Notes under the pieces: generated by a model | Databases searched by the model: none | Seen by the model: the letters and a program-made list of their open reading frames with translations, nothing else | Told to the model about the DNA's origin: nothing | Source of the DNA: an uncultured Verrucomicrobiae bacterium | GTDB lineage: Bacteria > Verrucomicrobiota > Verrucomicrobiia > Palsa-1439 | DNA: 64,000 nucleotides | Assembly: GCA_963812605.1 (NCBI GenBank) | Contig: CAWEWF010000001.1 | Location: 160,001-224,000 of the forward strand | Direction: 5' to 3' | In this document: positions 62,227 to 64,000 of the stretch, one piece after another | Numbering within the stretch: the stretch's first letter is position 1 | Layout: the number at the start of each line of letters is the position of its first letter | Program-made: the position numbers and the translations under genes

Positions 62227-63355
62227 TCAGCGTACACCGGCTCTATCCAAGATCGATTGCAGCACCTTCGGCGCGGCGAGTTTCTCCTCCGCCAGCTTGC
62301 GCGCCGCCACGCTGTGCGCGGCGTAATCCGCATTGATTGACTCGATCCCCTGCACCGCTTCCTCGAGGGTCGTAAACGTGAGCAAGCCTTTCCCGTCGGA
62401 AGATGTTTGCCGAAGCCCGTATCCTGCACGAGCGCGGGCCGCGGAGGCGAGATAACACGCCGTGCGGTCGCTTACCCATCCGCTCTGCGTTTTCACGTAG
62501 CCCTGCTTGGCCACGCTGAACTCCGCGCGCGATCGCTGAATATAAGAACGAAAACCGTCACGTCCGCGCGCCGCTTGGTGTGGATTCACCAGCCCCCAAT
62601 GGTTCTTCCGCAACGCCGCAAGATCATCCGTCTCGGTCTCATGGATCAGCAGCGCGAGTTCGATGGACTGCGGTGTCTTGAGCGGCAACTCCACAACCTT
62701 CAGGAATTCATCACACTTCGGTCCGTAAATCTCGTCTTTCCAAACGGCATACTGGCCGCGCCATTGCCCAATCGTTGTAAAGTTTGTCGCGTCGGTGTCG
62801 ATTTGCGCAGGCCAATACTCCAAGCGCCACGGGCGGCAGGAACGTCTGCCATTCGATCCCGCGCGAGGGTATGCCAAAGTCGGGTTGCCCGACATTGAGG
62901 CCCACGGTGAAGAAGAGATTGTGCTTGCTGAGGTCCATGTCCCATTCGTTCGCCCAGATTTGCGTGAAGCCGGGATCGAGGTCGAAATACGCGCGACGCT
63001 GGATGCGACGCAGCAGTTCGTTGTCTTTCAGCGCGCCGCAGAAATTGATTAATAACGCCGCATCACCGCAGAGCGAGTACACCGACCGTTCGTTCATCCC
63101 GAAAACTTTGCGATTGTCGTAGAGAATTGCCCAGTGATCTCCGAGCCCGAATTGTTCGCATTGCACGCGAAACCCGTCCACCATCGCGTCGAGCGATCGC
63201 GGCGCGCCCTTCTTTGGCGACCCGAGAATATCCAGCCAGAACACCTCGAAACCCAGCGCCTGCAAACCCGCGACGTAATGCAGGTTTAGCCACTGCATTC
63301 CGCCGCCTTCGAGATAGCCCGCGCCCCAGGTGCTGGTAATGATGATCTTTTTCAT
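62227..63355 (-). CDS. glycosyltransferase-like protein, frameshifts near 62825 and 62440
   Basis: GGGMQWLNLHY..DLDPGFTQ; YIQRSRAEFSVAKQGYV..SDRTACYLAS; QDTGF segment in a third frame. Confidence 0.7.
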
Positions 63356-64000
63356 GACATTGGCGCGCCGAATTGCAATTCGCACACCCGCGCATAGTGC
63401 CCGCCGCGCGCCACCAGCTCGTCATGCCGGCCGCGTTCGACAATTTGGCCGTCCTGCATGACCAGCAACAAATCGGCCTGCCGCACGGTCGATAACCGAT
63501 GCGCCACGACGAATACCGTGCGCCCCTGCCGCAAGCGTTCCAGCGAACGCAGCACCGCCGCCTCCGTCTCGGAATCGAGCGCGGCGGTCGGTTCGTCGAG
63601 AATCAGGATCGGCGAGTTCTTCAGGAACGCCCGCGCCAGCGCGAGCCGTTGCCGTTGCCCGCCCGAGAGCGTCACCCCGCGCTCGCCAATCGGCGTGTCG
63701 TACCCCTGCGGCATCGCGCGGATGAATTCATCCGCCTCGGCGGCGCGCGCCGCCTCCAGGATTTCGTCCAGCGACGCCGCGGGCCGACCGTACGCGATGT
63801 TGTCGCGCACCGCCGTCGAGAACAGCACCGGCTCCTGCGGCACGATGCCGATCTGGCGCCGCAACGAGCGATATTGAAATTCACGAATATCCTGCCCGTC
63901 GAGCAGTACGCGGCCTTTTTGCGGATCGTAGAAGCGGAGCAACAGGCTCAGCAAGGTCGATTTGCCCACGCCGCTCGGGCCAACCAACGCCACCATTTGA
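63352..64000 (-). CDS. ABC exporter ATPase domain (C-terminal part)
   Basis: GPSGVGKS, LSGGQ, ILDEPT. Confidence 0.95.
   Translation of the reverse strand, partial: QMVALVGPSGVGKSTLLSLLLRFYDPQKGRVLLDGQDIREFQYRSLRRQIGIVPQEPVLFSTAVRDNIAYGRPAASLDEILEAARAAEADEFIRAMPQGYDTPIGERGVTLSGGQRQRLALARAFLKNSPILILDEPTAALDSETEAAVLRSLERLRQGRTVFVVAHRLSTVRQADLLLVMQDGQIVERGRHDELVARGGHYARVCELQFGAPMS

Overview
GC-rich bacterial DNA, most consistent with Verrucomicrobia or another PVC-group lineage (inferred from gene content only). (1) 1-19.7 kb is an accessory region built around two identical 40-bp 5' halves of tRNA-Arg(UCU). Both end exactly at the anticodon loop and each is followed by a truncated integrase N-terminus, suggesting a decayed tandem array of integrative elements that duplicate the 5' rather than the 3' tRNA half. 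The ~14.4-kb element between the halves is a redox/methionine-sulfoxide stress island: MsrP without MsrQ but next to a small PepSY-TM-like membrane protein, a degenerate MsrA, thioredoxins, CcdA, a peroxiredoxin-like protein and DoxX. Its regulation is readable from the DNA: a GAF-PAS sigma54 activator, a consensus sigma54 promoter with an upstream palindrome before an ECF sigma gene, and five copies of one ECF-type promoter motif. (2) 19.7-41.4 kb is one minus-strand MoxR/DUF58/VWA cluster with two ABC exporter modules and an iron-type ABC importer whose ATPase is in frame with an NHL propeller. (3) 41.7-45.4 kb is a deletion-scarred patch (kdpF, kdpA stub, hypE fragment, shortened DUF748-like gene). 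(4) 45.9-64 kb holds stress and housekeeping genes (cbpA/cbpM-like, ackA, phosphoketolase, NDH-2, aquaporin-arsC, FHA-DUF4388, MFS, RluA family) and REP-like repeats. Several single-base frameshifts look like sequencing errors. All family calls come from motif recognition, not database searches.
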